Below, piece after piece: positions 23,822-37,539 of a stretch of DNA of 64,000 nt. The stretch is from the NCBI GenBank assembly GCA_052426225.1, contig JBNJNM010000009.1, forward strand, positions 62,001 to 126,000, given 5' to 3'. The notes under the pieces are model-generated. The model was given only the letters and a program-made list of their open reading frames with translations. It was not told where the DNA came from and made no database searches. This DNA is from Zancudomyces culisetae HAW-14-8 (taxonomy: Eukaryota > Fungi > Kickxellomycota). A program made the position numbers and the translations under genes. Every line of letters begins with the position of its first letter. Position 1 is the first letter of the stretch.

Positions 23822-25074
23822 ATGAAAATCCATAAACTATTTCCACAAGTAAGTAACTTTCAATAGTTGAAATGAGTTTATACCTATTTAAGCTGAAAGA
23901 AATCTTATCCAGAGTCGAGATTTCTGCGAATACCTGCAAATAATAACTTTAATTAAAACCCTGCTCTTTATTTAACATGGTAGTTGGTTACGCTCGCATT
24001 TACGCTGCTGCTAAATTCAGAGATCACAGCAGCAGCAACGTGTGTGAACTTCGATACAGACTTTTCGCGATCAACTGATCTCGTTTCCTCTGCCAATACT
24101 ACCGATTCCAGTACACAGGTGTGGTACTCCAAACTTTCTCCCGATTACTCGAAGATTAGCGGAGGAAATCTCATTCTGCGTCTTAGGCCAGGCAGTAAGC
24201 TAAATGGCCAAGGAAATGGCTCCGAAGTATATTATTCACAGTAAGCAACACAAACACCCTTTTCTATTACCATACAATCATGCGAACAGCATCAAAAGTA
24301 AATACATTAAATAAATAAAGGTGCGACAACTGATTCTTATTTTTTATATTAAAAAATAGGACGGTGTACTACGGAACAGTCACAGCCGATATAAAATCGG
24401 GCGCAACTAGTCCCGGAGTCGTGTGTGCGATCGCACTTCGTGATGATTATGGAGGCGAAATAAACTTTTCATGGGTTGGTAAAGACAAAAATGTAGTCGA
24501 GCCAAATTATTTTTATAATAACCAATTTGACTATGCAAACCCAGTTACAAGTAGACCTATCGGTGATACAACACAGGATTTCCACAAGTATACTATCACT
24601 TGGACCCCAAACGCAATCAGCTGGTACATTGACGGAATCATAGTCCGGACTGTCATGAAGTCGGATACCTGGGCTGAGGGCGAAGGTATTTTCAAATTCC
24701 CAACTAGAGAGGCACGTCTCGTTTTTTCTATTTCAGATGTTGGGAGTTCGGGAAACAAAGATGCCGCTGCTTGGGCAGGTGGTCCAACCGCCTACTCACA
24801 AGATACCTCCTACTCAATGTATGTGAACACGGTCGGTATACAGTGCCTATCTGGTGGAAATGATACGACAAAAGTTCACAATTCTTCGTCCACTACCAAC
24901 AGTGTTACAACTAACTCTTCGTCATCACTATCATCATCATCATCCTTGTCGTCGTCCCGTTCAACTTCGACCAACTCTTTTACCATCAATAATGATGCTT
25001 CTCAGTTGTCCTCAGGATATTTCTTTTTAGCATCTATATTTACCACTATGGTATATCTACCTTTTTTGTTGTAA
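23822..25074 (+). CDS. GPI-anchored GH16 (CRH1/UTR2-like) with degenerate catalytic motif
   Basis: 3 exons. YYGTV, GVV, EINFSWVG, FHKYTITWTPNAISWYIDG, WAGG, then a Ser/Thr-rich stalk and a hydrophobic GPI-signal-like tail. Confidence 0.88.
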
Positions 25075-26462
25075 TTTTCTATACCCCTCGCCTGGCTCTA
25101 ACCTTTTTGAGTTTATCTTTAGGCTTTATTTTTTTTTTAGAAATACCCCTCTCCCTTTCTGATTATTATTATTTTATTATTATATCTAGATTTGAAAATT
25201 AACGCCCTTTCCTCACCACCGCTTTAGTAATGTGTATATGATGTTTATTGTAAACGTACTTAATTATCTTTTATTCACCATCCTTCTTTTTTTTATCCTT
25301 TTGGAGGATGTTATAGTGATCAGACGTTATCCAATAAAAAGTTAGTTTTAAAGAAATGTCATAGGGTTAAATGCCTAATGATACACTCTAAAAAACATGA
25401 GTAAATATATGCCTGCCATCTTTTTTTTTGTTTACGATTACTTAATGATAAGCGTTGATAAATTCCATTCTATATGCAGGAGTAATCAAACAACTAGGAT
25501 GATATTCACATACTTGATTTGATCCCCACATATAGTTGCGTGCTTATCAAACCTCAACAAGTTACACAACACCAATTGTTTTTACCTAGCCCATTATGTT
25601 ATTATGCTTTCCAAACCTCTTTATTTTTTGCAGCTAAATGTGAATAGCCGGGCGTATCGTTTTGCGATCCGCCTCCATGGTATATTCTAATCTATATTTT
25701 TATCACCAGCCTCAAATGATCAATAACACCTCCTCTTCATCCCAAAAAAAAATATATATATATACACAAATAATCTTAGTGTACCCGAGACTTGCGGGAA
25801 CATTAAAAACTAAAAGCTTCCGCCCCCCCCACACCTCTTCCCTTCCTTTCTCTTCGAAAACTATACAAAAACCCCATTTTTTATTTTCATTTTTCGGGGC
25901 TTTTAACCCGCCATTTAATTTGAGAACTTACAAAAAATCCTTGGCGCTCCCTTTGCCTTTCCCTATGCCCTCCAAAACAACACTATTTTTCATTAATAAT
26001 CTTTTATTACGTACTTTCTAACAGCCCCAGCAAATCATATTTATCAGGCTTTTTATTCGCTATCCAATTATTAAAAGATAATTTACAGCAATTTGATTTG
26101 CTACGAGATTGTCACATTGTTGGTTCAGCAATTACTGTGCTGCGTAAAAAGAGCCAACAATCCCACCATTTCCTTATGCACAGCATATATCTTTGCCTTT
26201 CTGAAACCTGTTTATTTTTCTTGCATTTTCCATTTACTCTCCCTTCCCGTTCCCCCAACAATAGGTTGTAAAAATGCAATATAAGTGTAGAATTGATACT
26301 ATTTTCCAGCGAATTCCATATGTAAAGAATTACTCATTCTACTCTTCTGCATTTTTCCTGATAAACCATTGGCTGGGCTTTTTTAAACTTCCCAAACAAA
26401 TATCCCACACAAAGTATTATCGCAATTAGCTGGACTAAGCACGTTACATTTACTTATTTCAA

Positions 26463-26470
26463 GTATATAA
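26463..26470 (+). promoter_or_regulatory. Probable TATA box of the polyubiquitin gene
   Basis: GTATATAA about 155 nt upstream of the ATG, followed by a pyrimidine-rich tract. Confidence 0.45.
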
Positions 26471-26566
26471 GCAGCATCTTCCACTCCTTTCTCGTTTCAT
26501 TTTCTCTTTCTAAATAAAATTGAAGGAAGTGTGTAGTAAGAAAACAGTATTCTATAACTATATTAG

Positions 26567-27544
<978 letters not shown>

Positions 27545-28384
27545 TTAGTCATTATCTATGTCTTTACGGTTTTGGTATTTATTTGTTTTTACATTTCCTT
27601 TGAGTTACCAGAATTTCTAATAAAGCCTTGATGGTTAAACATACTTTCAACCGTTTTCGCAGTTTTGTGTCAAAATATGTTGTTTAGGTTTATATTGTAG
27701 TGAAGAGCTGGTTAACTCATTTCGCTTGGTTAGACATATTTCATTCGCACCATCTCCCTTTATTCATACATTTTACGATTTTCTACAAAACACAGGCTTT
27801 CCACAGTTGAGATTGTTCTCCTGACCCACAAGTCTATGTTCAACTATGGTCGATAACGAAACCTTAACACAAAAAATAAACTTAATTCATTCAAACTTGC
27901 GTTTTCTTAATATTCCTAGTTTTTGCCTCAAACTAGTATTATTTTTATTTACAATGCTTAATAAATGTAGTTATAAGTACGCCCAAAATGACCACAAGAA
28001 ATTAAAAGCTGGACTGTGAATGCTCTTATTCGATACTCCACCATGGACTAAGCAAAAAAATAATGGAAAAGTTCAACACATAAACTAATCATCTTTGTGT
28101 TTATTGCTTTCAGACCAAAATGAAAATACAAATCTACACCTTTATCTTGTTATCGAATGTAAACTTCGGACACATACCATACCTCTTTTCAGCACGAGTA
28201 GTGCCTTTTATAAATAGTGATAGCCTTCGTGTCAGAGCATGTCCCTTAGCGGTCTCAATATTATCAGTCATATCACCTATTTCAAACTCCAAATCCTCGG
28301 GTGCAAAATCTCGTACTTTGTTTCTTTCAGTGTGTCTTTTACTCTTCTTAGCCAACCCAACTTTTATCTTTTGTTTCATCATCT

Positions 28385-30412
28385 TTAAAGTGATGTGTGT
28401 GACTTATCTCTCATTTTTGATTGCCTTTCCTTTTTGGTAAAAAATATTAGCGACCTTTCAAAAAAATGAGACTTTCTTCCCACAGTGGAGATATCAGATC
28501 CAAAACTTATAGTGTTTCGAGTATCCCCAGCTATTACCCTTTCATTGTAATCCTCGCACATAGCCAGTGGTATTTCTTTAAACTGAAAAGGTCCAAGTAT
28601 CTGATCTTTTGAGCTTTTTTCTTTGGCCTCAGTTTCACACCATGGCTTTAAATTAATGCTCTTGGATTTTTCTTCTGGTGAAAAGAGTTCTTCATAAAAA
28701 GTGCTTTCATATTCATTTGAAGATTTAACTTCTTTTTTCTTTTTTTCACGCATTATTTTCTCTGAACTGGTTTTTGTGTTCTTTTCTTGTAAATTCTCGA
28801 CGTTTCTATGGTATTTAACACCAGCATTTCCCTTGCCTCTTTTCTTTCTGTTTTTCTTTAGTGAACTCTTGGAGTTTTGTGTGCCAGCCTCTTTGATCTT
28901 AACAGAATGTTCGATATACTGCCTTATAGTTTTAATGCTTTTTTTATTTTTGAGATCGAATTCAAAAGACCCACTATCACTGAGGCGCCCAGAAGAACCC
29001 AGTAGTTGTTTACTGTTTATTGACATATCGCTTTTCTTTGTGTTATTTCTGTTTATAGTATCAGGCAATAACAAGATAGCCGCTTGTTTGAAACCATCGC
29101 TATACATATCATCCCAATTTGTACCATTGTAATATTGCGCTTTCTTTAATTTAGCCAATGTGAGCCTTTGGTATTCGTCATCATGCATCTGAAGTATCTC
29201 ATCATAGTAGTTCGAGATCTTTTCGTAAAAAAACTTTGCAGGTGGTCGTAACTCTGGATCCAGTATGAGAGATGCTTCCAATAGCTTTACCAACCCAATA
29301 GAATACTCCTCAAAAACCTTTTCAAATCCACTGTTATTAAGAATGTTGGTGTTTTCAAGCGGTCTTTTGGTTTTATCGCGCGCGTTGATGCACTTTTTCT
29401 TTAGAAAATTGTTTGGTAAAAGTATTCCCAAGTAAAGCGCCGCCTTTATCCCCTTATACCAATAATAAAACGATTCATCATGTAACTTTTCATGTCCTTG
29501 ATCCAAAATCTTTGTATCTGGAACGATATTAATCAGTTTAAATATACGCTTTAGTTGGTCCGCCTGGTTTCTACCAGGAAACAGTGGGTATAACAACAAA
29601 ATCTCCGCAAGTATTAACCCCGTTGCCCATATATCAATTGATGTGTCGTATGTTGTAAAATTCAGTAGCAGCTCAGGAGCACGATACCATCTGGTGCTTA
29701 CATATGTAGTCAAGGGTCTATTCTTTTGCCCGTTGTTTTGTACAGCCTCCGATCTTTCCTCTGTTAATAATTCACCAGTCTCACTTTTTTTGCTTGGCTC
29801 CTTGGTGTCATTATGATTACAGTTTCTAATTTTGCCATCTAGCGAGTTTTTTTCGTCATTTTCGTATTTATTCGAGACTGACTTATCATTCATCTGTATT
29901 ATACTAGCTTCTCTTGTCACAGTTTTCCTCGCCAACCCGAAATCCGCTATCTTCACAATAGGGTTTCTTGAGTCAACTAGCTTTAGCAAAATGTTTTCGG
30001 GCTTTATGTCTCTGTGAATATATCCCTTTGAATGGATATGCTCTAAACCGTTAAACATCTGCTTACCGATGCCAAGAACCAAAAGCTCATATTCCTTGTT
30101 TGAAAATTTTTTTTCTTCTCTCTGAGCTGTTAATACATTCTGAATATACTCGAGTAGATTTACCTCCATAAACTCAAATACCAGTGCTTGTTGGTAATCT
30201 ATTCTAAGAACTTCAATAAGCTTTATGATGTTTTCGTGCTTCAAGTTTTCCAAGATTTTTGCTTCCTTTATTGCCGCAGTACCCCTTAAGCTTCTCTTCT
30301 TCATTTTCTTGATAGCAACCATACTATTATCCTTGGGATTTACGGCAACAACTACGGTGCTGAACGCACCCTCTCCAATGGCACCCTTAATTTTATATTT
30401 GTTCATTAACAT
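28385..30412 (-). CDS. CMGC Ser/Thr kinase, IME2/MAK/ICK family
   Basis: GEGAFS, VAIK, HRDIKPEN, DFG and activation loop TTYVSTRWYRAPE, with a long insert after DFG. Confidence 0.92.
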   Translation of the reverse strand: MLMNKYKIKGAIGEGAFSTVVVAVNPKDNSMVAIKKMKKRSLRGTAAIKEAKILENLKHENIIKLIEVLRIDYQQALVFEFMEVNLLEYIQNVLTAQREEKKFSNKEYELLVLGIGKQMFNGLEHIHSKGYIHRDIKPENILLKLVDSRNPIVKIADFGLARKTVTREASIIQMNDKSVSNKYENDEKNSLDGKIRNCNHNDTKEPSKKSETGELLTEERSEAVQNNGQKNRPLTTYVSTRWYRAPELLLNFTTYDTSIDIWATGLILAEILLLYPLFPGRNQADQLKRIFKLINIVPDTKILDQGHEKLHDESFYYWYKGIKAALYLGILLPNNFLKKKCINARDKTKRPLENTNILNNSGFEKVFEEYSIGLVKLLEASLILDPELRPPAKFFYEKISNYYDEILQMHDDEYQRLTLAKLKKAQYYNGTNWDDMYSDGFKQAAILLLPDTINRNNTKKSDMSINSKQLLGSSGRLSDSGSFEFDLKNKKSIKTIRQYIEHSVKIKEAGTQNSKSSLKKNRKKRGKGNAGVKYHRNVENLQEKNTKTSSEKIMREKKKKEVKSSNEYESTFYEELFSPEEKSKSINLKPWCETEAKEKSSKDQILGPFQFKEIPLAMCEDYNERVIAGDTRNTISFGSDISTVGRKSHFFERSLIFFTKKERQSKMRDKSHTSL

Positions 30413-31908
30413 TCATAAAGGCTACGTGTATCTATAGTTACTAGTATTTCCAGTGCGTCTCCGTATCTGTTATATTGTTAGATATATCACCCAGCTTTTT
30501 ATTCAGCAGCTTTACCACTTATTTCGAAAAAGAATAAATATACTTTTGAGATATTATAATATAAAGGTATTACTAGTAGCAGTGCAAAAAAGTGGAAAAA
30601 GTCATCGTACTTGCACTACCAGGTACACAAGTGATAGCTGGTTATTCTTCGTTTGGCTGCTATTTGAATGTGTATTTGTATGTATTAATCGAATGATTTT
30701 GTGCTATCTACACCCGTACTTTTTACTTTTTACTTTTTACTTATTTTTTTTTGGCTCCTCATACTTTGGCTGGAGTTATTAATTTATTCTAATACTCACT
30801 TTAGACCATTTTCCTTTGTTCGAAAATGTAAAAAAATGACTATAGGCTGCGTTTTTATTCCGTAAATACTCACACTAGATCCCAAAACTAGACCTTGACA
30901 GAATAATACTCAAATCCCTGTGTCCTTTAAAGTAAATAGTTCACTCTTTTGATTGAGAAATATAATGGTTCTTGTTACGTTTGACAATTAGCTATTTTTT
31001 TTTCTGATACCTTTGTAATTGTATTGAATATCATTGATTTACTTTATTTTGACTTGAGTTTTGCTTAGCCACACATAAATAGATGAGCTGTAATAAAATG
31101 GGTTTCCATAATCACCTGAAATAAAGTTTTGCTTTCATACACCCACATTGGTGCATTTTTTTTCTATTTTAAATGTAATTGTTTAAAACAATTTCCATTA
31201 TCTCATAAAGGTAAGAGCATTGAATATCCACAATTGCATAGCTTTATTAGAATATACTATTCTGAAAAACAGGTTACCGTTTTAATTTTTTCAATCAAAG
31301 TACAAGTGGCTTATTTGTTGATATGAAATCTAGGGTTTGGTATCACCATACTAATTACCTTCAAGAAGATTATCCTTCAATATTACATTTTCTCTAGAAC
31401 TCGAATAAATTTCAGCTCATTATCTCAAATTCCCAACATGTCTCAAAAGAAAATTTCAATAATGTTGTGTAATGGCAAACTTGGCTGTACTTCAGACATA
31501 CACCCACAAGTTTGTTGAAAATAAATATTTGACTTGTGATTACGCAATTAACTCCTTGAGTTTTGCAAGTTAGTACACACAAAAACAACATTGTACCCAA
31601 ATTTGCTTTTGACTTTTACCGTTTATTCCATTATTCTCATATTCGTAACAAAAAATAAAACTTTTTTATGCAACTTACCCCAACAGTTAAAAAATTACAG
31701 ATTATCCTCACTGGGAACTAGCCCGCAAAACAGATTATTCCCTCATTAACATGTTTTTTTTCTTTTTTCTTTTTTAAAAACTCTATATTTTATCTAGATG
31801 GTGGTGTGTTTATTTAAAATATTATAAAACTTTTCATAAAAATAACAACACCTATGGTAATGGTTGTTGAGACTCTTGAATACTAAGCCCTCTATATGAA
31901 CAATGAAA

Positions 31909-33808
31909 CTATTTTACGCTTGAAAGCATCAACTTTATATTTCTTAGAGTCTGTCCAGGATATGGTATTTTGATATCATCAAGCGATGCCTTTTCATACT
32001 TTTCCATGTCCGGAATGAAATCTCCTGGAAAATATTCTAGAGGTCTTTCAACCTCTGTGTTTATCCCAGGATTTTCAGACTGTTGTGTCTTCAATTTATA
32101 CAATCTTCCCTGTTTAATTAGTTTTGTCCAGCGCTTTCTAGTGTTTTTCTCGTTTGTAGACATGCTGTGCAATATCAGATTACACTGATAACATATAAAG
32201 AATACAAAGGAGGGCAAAAGAAAGACAAATACTGCGAATAATGTCGATTGTATATAGTTTATTTCCGCTACAGCCTATAGTGTTATAGGGTGATACTTTT
32301 TTAAAAATATTCTTTTTGCTATTTTGTGCCGTACCGTCATTATTTAATGACAATGGCGAGGGTCGTAGCAGGGATGTTAAACAAAAACCCATGTGCTCAT
32401 TGGAATATGCTATAATAGCTGATAGTAGCAGTTGAAACTCTAAAAATAAAAAAATAAAACATTTTAACTTACCATGGTCAGTTTATAGGCATGCAGATCA
32501 GTACTGACTCCAGAAAGAACATCATTGAATACAGTTTTGATTGCACTCGAGATCGCTTTGTTATTCGAAACGTCAATAAATATCAGCTGTGCAAGGATAC
32601 ATATTCCCCAAGCCAAAATAATTGTAAAAGTTATCAAAAAGCTCATAAAGTACTTGTAATTATTTATCCCAATACAGTTGTTCAACCAGATGCAATGATG
32701 GTCGTACATCGCAACACATCTATTACAAATGCTACAATGCTTTGATTTTCCGGGCCTAAAAGGTGTATACATCAAGTTATTTTTATGCTATCTTCAAAGT
32801 GTTTATACTCCACGATAATAAAGTAAATAAAATGTATACGTTCCATACATACTTTATAAAATTACACGTGGTACATGTCCGTTTGGTGTAATAAACCCCA
32901 TCCCAATCATAAAGATCCAAAACTTGAGCATGGTTTTCATTTGTTATATAGCCTGGGTTACCACAGGATGCATTGTATAGTAAGATCAGATTAAAGATCA
33001 CCAGCGTTAATATCGTATATCTATATATAACATATTTATGCAGTTGCACTGTTAGCTGAATCAAAAAAGTTGATATGTCATGTATAACAAGTATGTTTAT
33101 AAAAAGTCCTAACACTGTTACCTAGTAAACTCGCTGTATCCTATAAGGTAAAGCCTGGGGAATACTTCATAAAAGAATCCAACATTACCCAGCATATACA
33201 AAGTAACATACATTCTCTACATAGCATATTATATGGTGGTGTTAGTATGTCTTGAATGCTTTATCATTTATAATTACATGACTTACACAAAAAAAACCAG
33301 TTCCCTTGGTCTTCTCTTTTTTCTTTTGCTTTTGCTTCGCTGTATTGTCAAAATAGCAGTAACAGTCCTTTAGCCTAAATATTGTGAGAACAATAGGAAT
33401 TCATTCATGAATATTGAAAAATAATTACCTTAAAACGGGCCTAAAAATAAAGAGGTAATACAAATAATATACTTACAGGTTTAGAGGATCAAATCCGTGT
33501 ATTGCATCATTTGCCCTTTCTATAATTGTCCCACTATAACAAAAATAAATAAGTTTAAAGCTCAGTATCTCTATTGAATTAAATGGGTTGCTGTTGTATT
33601 TATATACCTGAAATACTCTGTCTTTCCGAATATCATAACCGTCAACAATGCACAGAAGAAAGTAAACCCCAATACCAAAAGTGCCTGTCCACCTGACTAT
33701 TATTGTTATAATTTTTTAGAGTATGCGAGTAGCGTTATCAATACGTAGTATATACTATTGTAAACATATATATGAACTTACGGCCTTATATTCAAAATTC
33801 GAGCTCAT
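31909..33808 (-). CDS. SWF1: DHHC palmitoyltransferase, SWF1/ZDHHC4-like (many short exons)
   Basis: CTTCNFIK|[39 protein letters not shown] motif and C-terminal [10 protein letters not shown]. Multiple GT-AG introns; exon boundaries only partly resolved. Confidence 0.8.
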
Positions 33809-34878
33809 TTGTCAAAGATATGTTGGTGTTTAGGCCTCAAAGTTATTTTTCCTAGTTGAATGTTTATATACACAAAACGAACCCCGTGTTTTATTTTTCT
33901 ATTATAGCCTTGTCCCTGTTTCTATACAATTTTTTCCCCCAGAGAGCTGTCAATCGAACTTTTTATATCGAGTGTTATTCTAACAACCCAAACAAACAGT
34001 ATTAATATATATGTATATATTACAATTTACAATATCCCTAGTGTGTTTTCTAGGAGCTAAAAACATAGAAAATAAAAATTTAGAGAATACACGAAGGATC
34101 CTTTTTAAACTTGATTTAGGCAGGAAAATGGAGGGAAAAGTTCATACACATTAGCCTGGTCATAGTTAATGTTGTCCTATTAGAGTGTAACATTTCATAG
34201 TTTTGTTTCTCAGTTTCCAGAGCTGGTCCTTTCCTGTATATTTGCAGATATTTGGTAATAGAGAAAAGTGAAATAGGAAAAAATCCCGCTACTCGAATTT
34301 TTTTATTGCCTACGGAGAGAAAGTGACAAATGCCTCAATGATCGTGTAAAAACTCCAGCTAATTTTCCCCCTCTTATTTATTGGTGGTAATAAAAATAGA
34401 CTTCATAACCAGCTAAATATAGAACCAAAATTACAAACCACTTCTGTTTGGGCATACAAAAAAAAAACTGTTTTTCAAATAACGGAGTGGAGGAGGGACT
34501 CAGAGAATAAGTGACTTGAAGGTGAACTCAAACCTGGCGCATCTAAACGTTTATATAGCGCTACCCAGATAGCTATCATGCTCGAACTCTTGAAAAAGCA
34601 GTGGAGGGTTCAGCGCATTAGGTTTTCAAATAAAATTTACCACTTAGTGCCATGTTATAGTGCAGCTGTGCATAACAAATTATGCCATTCACTTTGTCCT
34701 AAAGTAAACACATTTTGCGCACAAATTAGTTGATTGTGTATGATAGAATCTTTGAGTTAAAGGCTGATTCACAGAAATTAAAAATATAAACCCAAAGGAA
34801 GGTCGATGATAGGAAGCAGAATAAAAATGTTTGCAATCAGGCGGTATTTTACATAGTAGAGCACAAAATCTGTCTAGA

Positions 34879-36858
34879 TTACAAAGATAGCCGATCAAGT
34901 GCAGAAATATAATGTCGTGTTAAAAGCTGTATGGGTTTTTGAAACTCATGGAGAGCCAAATACATCGCCTCGAAGTGCAAAGCATACAAATCAGCACATG
35001 TAAAAGATTCTGTGTTGTCAGCAATGCTCATAAAATCCAACTCGGGATCCAATGAGTAGTTTCTAGCCAAGTTTTTTATTATTTCAATGCGATCTGTGCG
35101 GCTAGGGAGATCAATTTTGACAAGGCGATCGAATCTACCAGGTCTTAGGATGGCGTCATCGATATTACCCAAATCATTTGTGGTAGCAACCAGCAAAACA
35201 TCTGACCTTGAGCTCACACCATCAAGTTCATTGAGTAACGTACTTAGCAGCCGCTCCTCCACACCTGTCGAACCAGTAGATCCAGATGACCAATCCCTTT
35301 TTGAGGCGATAAAATCAAGTTCGTCAATTAGAATCAAAGAAGGGGAGAGTTTTCTGGCAGCATGGAATAGATTTCTCAAGTATAGCTCAGATTCGCCCAA
35401 ATACTCAGAAAGGAGGTTATTGAACCGTAAAACCAAAACATTTCTGTTGCTCTGTGACGCCAATGCTCTTCCAAATAGTGTCTTTCCACAGCCACTAGGT
35501 CCATAAAATAATATGCCCAGTGGTGGTCTAACTCCTAGCTGCTCGAACTTTGTAGACTTACCAGTCGCATGATTTGCCATCTGCACCCATGTTCTAAGAT
35601 CAGCTTTTATATTGTTGTAACCAAATATATCTTCCCAGTAGATGCTACTGATATTAGATTCGTATCCGAGTTGATAAGTTGGCCTGACATATTTCAAGCA
35701 GTACAGGAATGCAGAGTCCTCAAGTATTATTTTATTGGTGCTTTTTATGCCATCATTAGCGTTTAAACAGCTTGAAGGGCGGTCTTTGGGGTGTAATATA
35801 TAGGACGAAATTACCCGTTTTATCAGCAGATACAAATCCTTTGCGATAAATCCAGGCGTATGATTGACAATTAACTCCTCAGTTTTCTCAGATATCTCGA
35901 TTTTCTTGCATATTCTCTGGTTAAAAGAAGCCAAAATCGATCGAACAAGTTTTCTCCTCTCAAATCTATCAGGAACATCAATGTCTAGCCGTATATGAAA
36001 TAAACCCATCTTCTCCACATTAGCTGGTACATACTTATCTACTTTCCCACCTGAAAATTGAGTATTCAAAATACCTATGACATAGATGCTGTTAAGATAC
36101 GGAAGCTTCTCCGAGATGGCTTCCCAAATACTGGAACTACTATCTTGATCCGCCGCCAGTAGCTCGACCTTATCGATCACAATTATCACCCTTTTTAGCG
36201 ATTTCAAGAAAGTAAGGTAGGACTCAATGTAGTTTTGGATGTTTTTTTTACACTCAAAATCATTTGAAGATTGGGCGTGTATTTCAACAAGTATGCCCGC
36301 AGAAATCCAAACGACATCAATTCCAAGAATTTCCCTTAGTTGACCAACAATATACCGTTTGCCGATTCCAGGAATGCCCTTTATAAGCAGAGAATTCTTT
36401 AAAAAAGCGCTACAAAGCTTATTATCTGGAAGATTCGTAAATCCAAAGTAGAGTTGTACAATTTCAATCAGCTTTAGTGTTTCGGTTGTAGCTGTCTGAA
36501 AGTCTTTTTGTTGAGTTTGTTTATTCGTAGTAATATTTTCCTGAGTGGTTATTTGGTTTTCAGCTCCAAATGATGTGCTGATGTCAAGATTTATGCTGCG
36601 TAGACCAAAAGTTATAGAATTTTCACCAAATACTGGAAGTTGCGAACTTTTCCTCGACTCAGTTTCGCATTTATTTATTGGAAGCTCCGCTTCGTTCCAG
36701 GATAAACCCAGCTGTCTATTTACGCACCGTCTAACATTTATAATCTCTCTCCCGTTGTACGTTAAAGGGCAGTTTACAGCATTTTTGTTTTCTGATATGA
36801 GATTTGCGTAAATGTCGACCGGGCTTAACCTTAAGGAATCTCGAGATTGGGTGCTCAT
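34879..36858 (-). CDS. Two-domain AAA+ ATPase, CDC48/AFG2(SPATA5)-like
   Basis: D2 has GPSGCGKT, LILIDELD and IDDAILRPGRFD. D1 is degenerate (GIPGIGKR, IIVIDKVE). Confidence 0.9.
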   Translation of the reverse strand: MSTQSRDSLRLSPVDIYANLISENKNAVNCPLTYNGREIINVRRCVNRQLGLSWNEAELPINKCETESRKSSQLPVFGENSITFGLRSINLDISTSFGAENQITTQENITTNKQTQQKDFQTATTETLKLIEIVQLYFGFTNLPDNKLCSAFLKNSLLIKGIPGIGKRYIVGQLREILGIDVVWISAGILVEIHAQSSNDFECKKNIQNYIESYLTFLKSLKRVIIVIDKVELLAADQDSSSSIWEAISEKLPYLNSIYVIGILNTQFSGGKVDKYVPANVEKMGLFHIRLDIDVPDRFERRKLVRSILASFNQRICKKIEISEKTEELIVNHTPGFIAKDLYLLIKRVISSYILHPKDRPSSCLNANDGIKSTNKIILEDSAFLYCLKYVRPTYQLGYESNISSIYWEDIFGYNNIKADLRTWVQMANHATGKSTKFEQLGVRPPLGILFYGPSGCGKTLFGRALASQSNRNVLVLRFNNLLSEYLGESELYLRNLFHAARKLSPSLILIDELDFIASKRDWSSGSTGSTGVEERLLSTLLNELDGVSSRSDVLLVATTNDLGNIDDAILRPGRFDRLVKIDLPSRTDRIEIIKNLARNYSLDPELDFMSIADNTESFTCADLYALHFEAMYLALHEFQKPIQLLTRHYISALDRLSL

Positions 36859-37539
36859 TTATACTTCTTTTGTGAGTGTAAAGTTTGTTCGCTACATGCC
36901 TTGACTTTGCAACAGTTGGCCCAAACTACACAAAATATAATTAGCCTATTTGCTTGGATCTGGTGATTTGATCCGAAAAAGAAAGAAAAAAATTTTTTTT
37001 ATTAAAAAGAGCGGCTCTAAAACCCACTTTCAATACATTGGAAGATAGACGTTTCAGCTACATGGCAAAAGATGCTGGAGCAAGTCCCATCTCTTCTCCC
37101 TCCTCTCTCCTGAAAAAAAAAATAGTAGATCAAAAGACTGTAACAAATCTTAAACACAGATCATACTTCCTCCACTTGTTCATTGCTACGCCCTCTCAAA
37201 AAACATCTATGCAGTGTATAAACTTGTGCAGCACATGTGTACTTCTAGATTGATGCTCAGGTAGTAAAAAATCTAGCAGCTAAACGTGGTGGTTTGGGAA
37301 AACAATTTATCCCTGCTCAGAGTTAGCAAATAAGATATGATTACATTTTATTCCTTTGACTTTCACTTCTACAAGGGTCTCGTAAAAAATCATTAAAAGA
37401 ATGATGAAATTGTTGAATGCTAAACAAAACAATACGCAAAAAAATAAAAGCGACAACCCCAAGAAAGAAAGAAAGAAAAAAAAATAAAAGAAAAAGATAG
37501 ATATACTTTAAACTCGTGTACGAGTTTCATACAGACCAG

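Noticed and set aside
34480-34680. GC-richer patch with B-box-like GTTCGAG and CTCAAACCTG, considered as tRNA or tRNA-Sec (Harpellales can use selenocysteine)
   Set aside because: Could not fold a cloverleaf by eye, and no in-frame TGA selenoprotein candidate was seen in the window. tRNAscan-SE/Secmarker would settle it.
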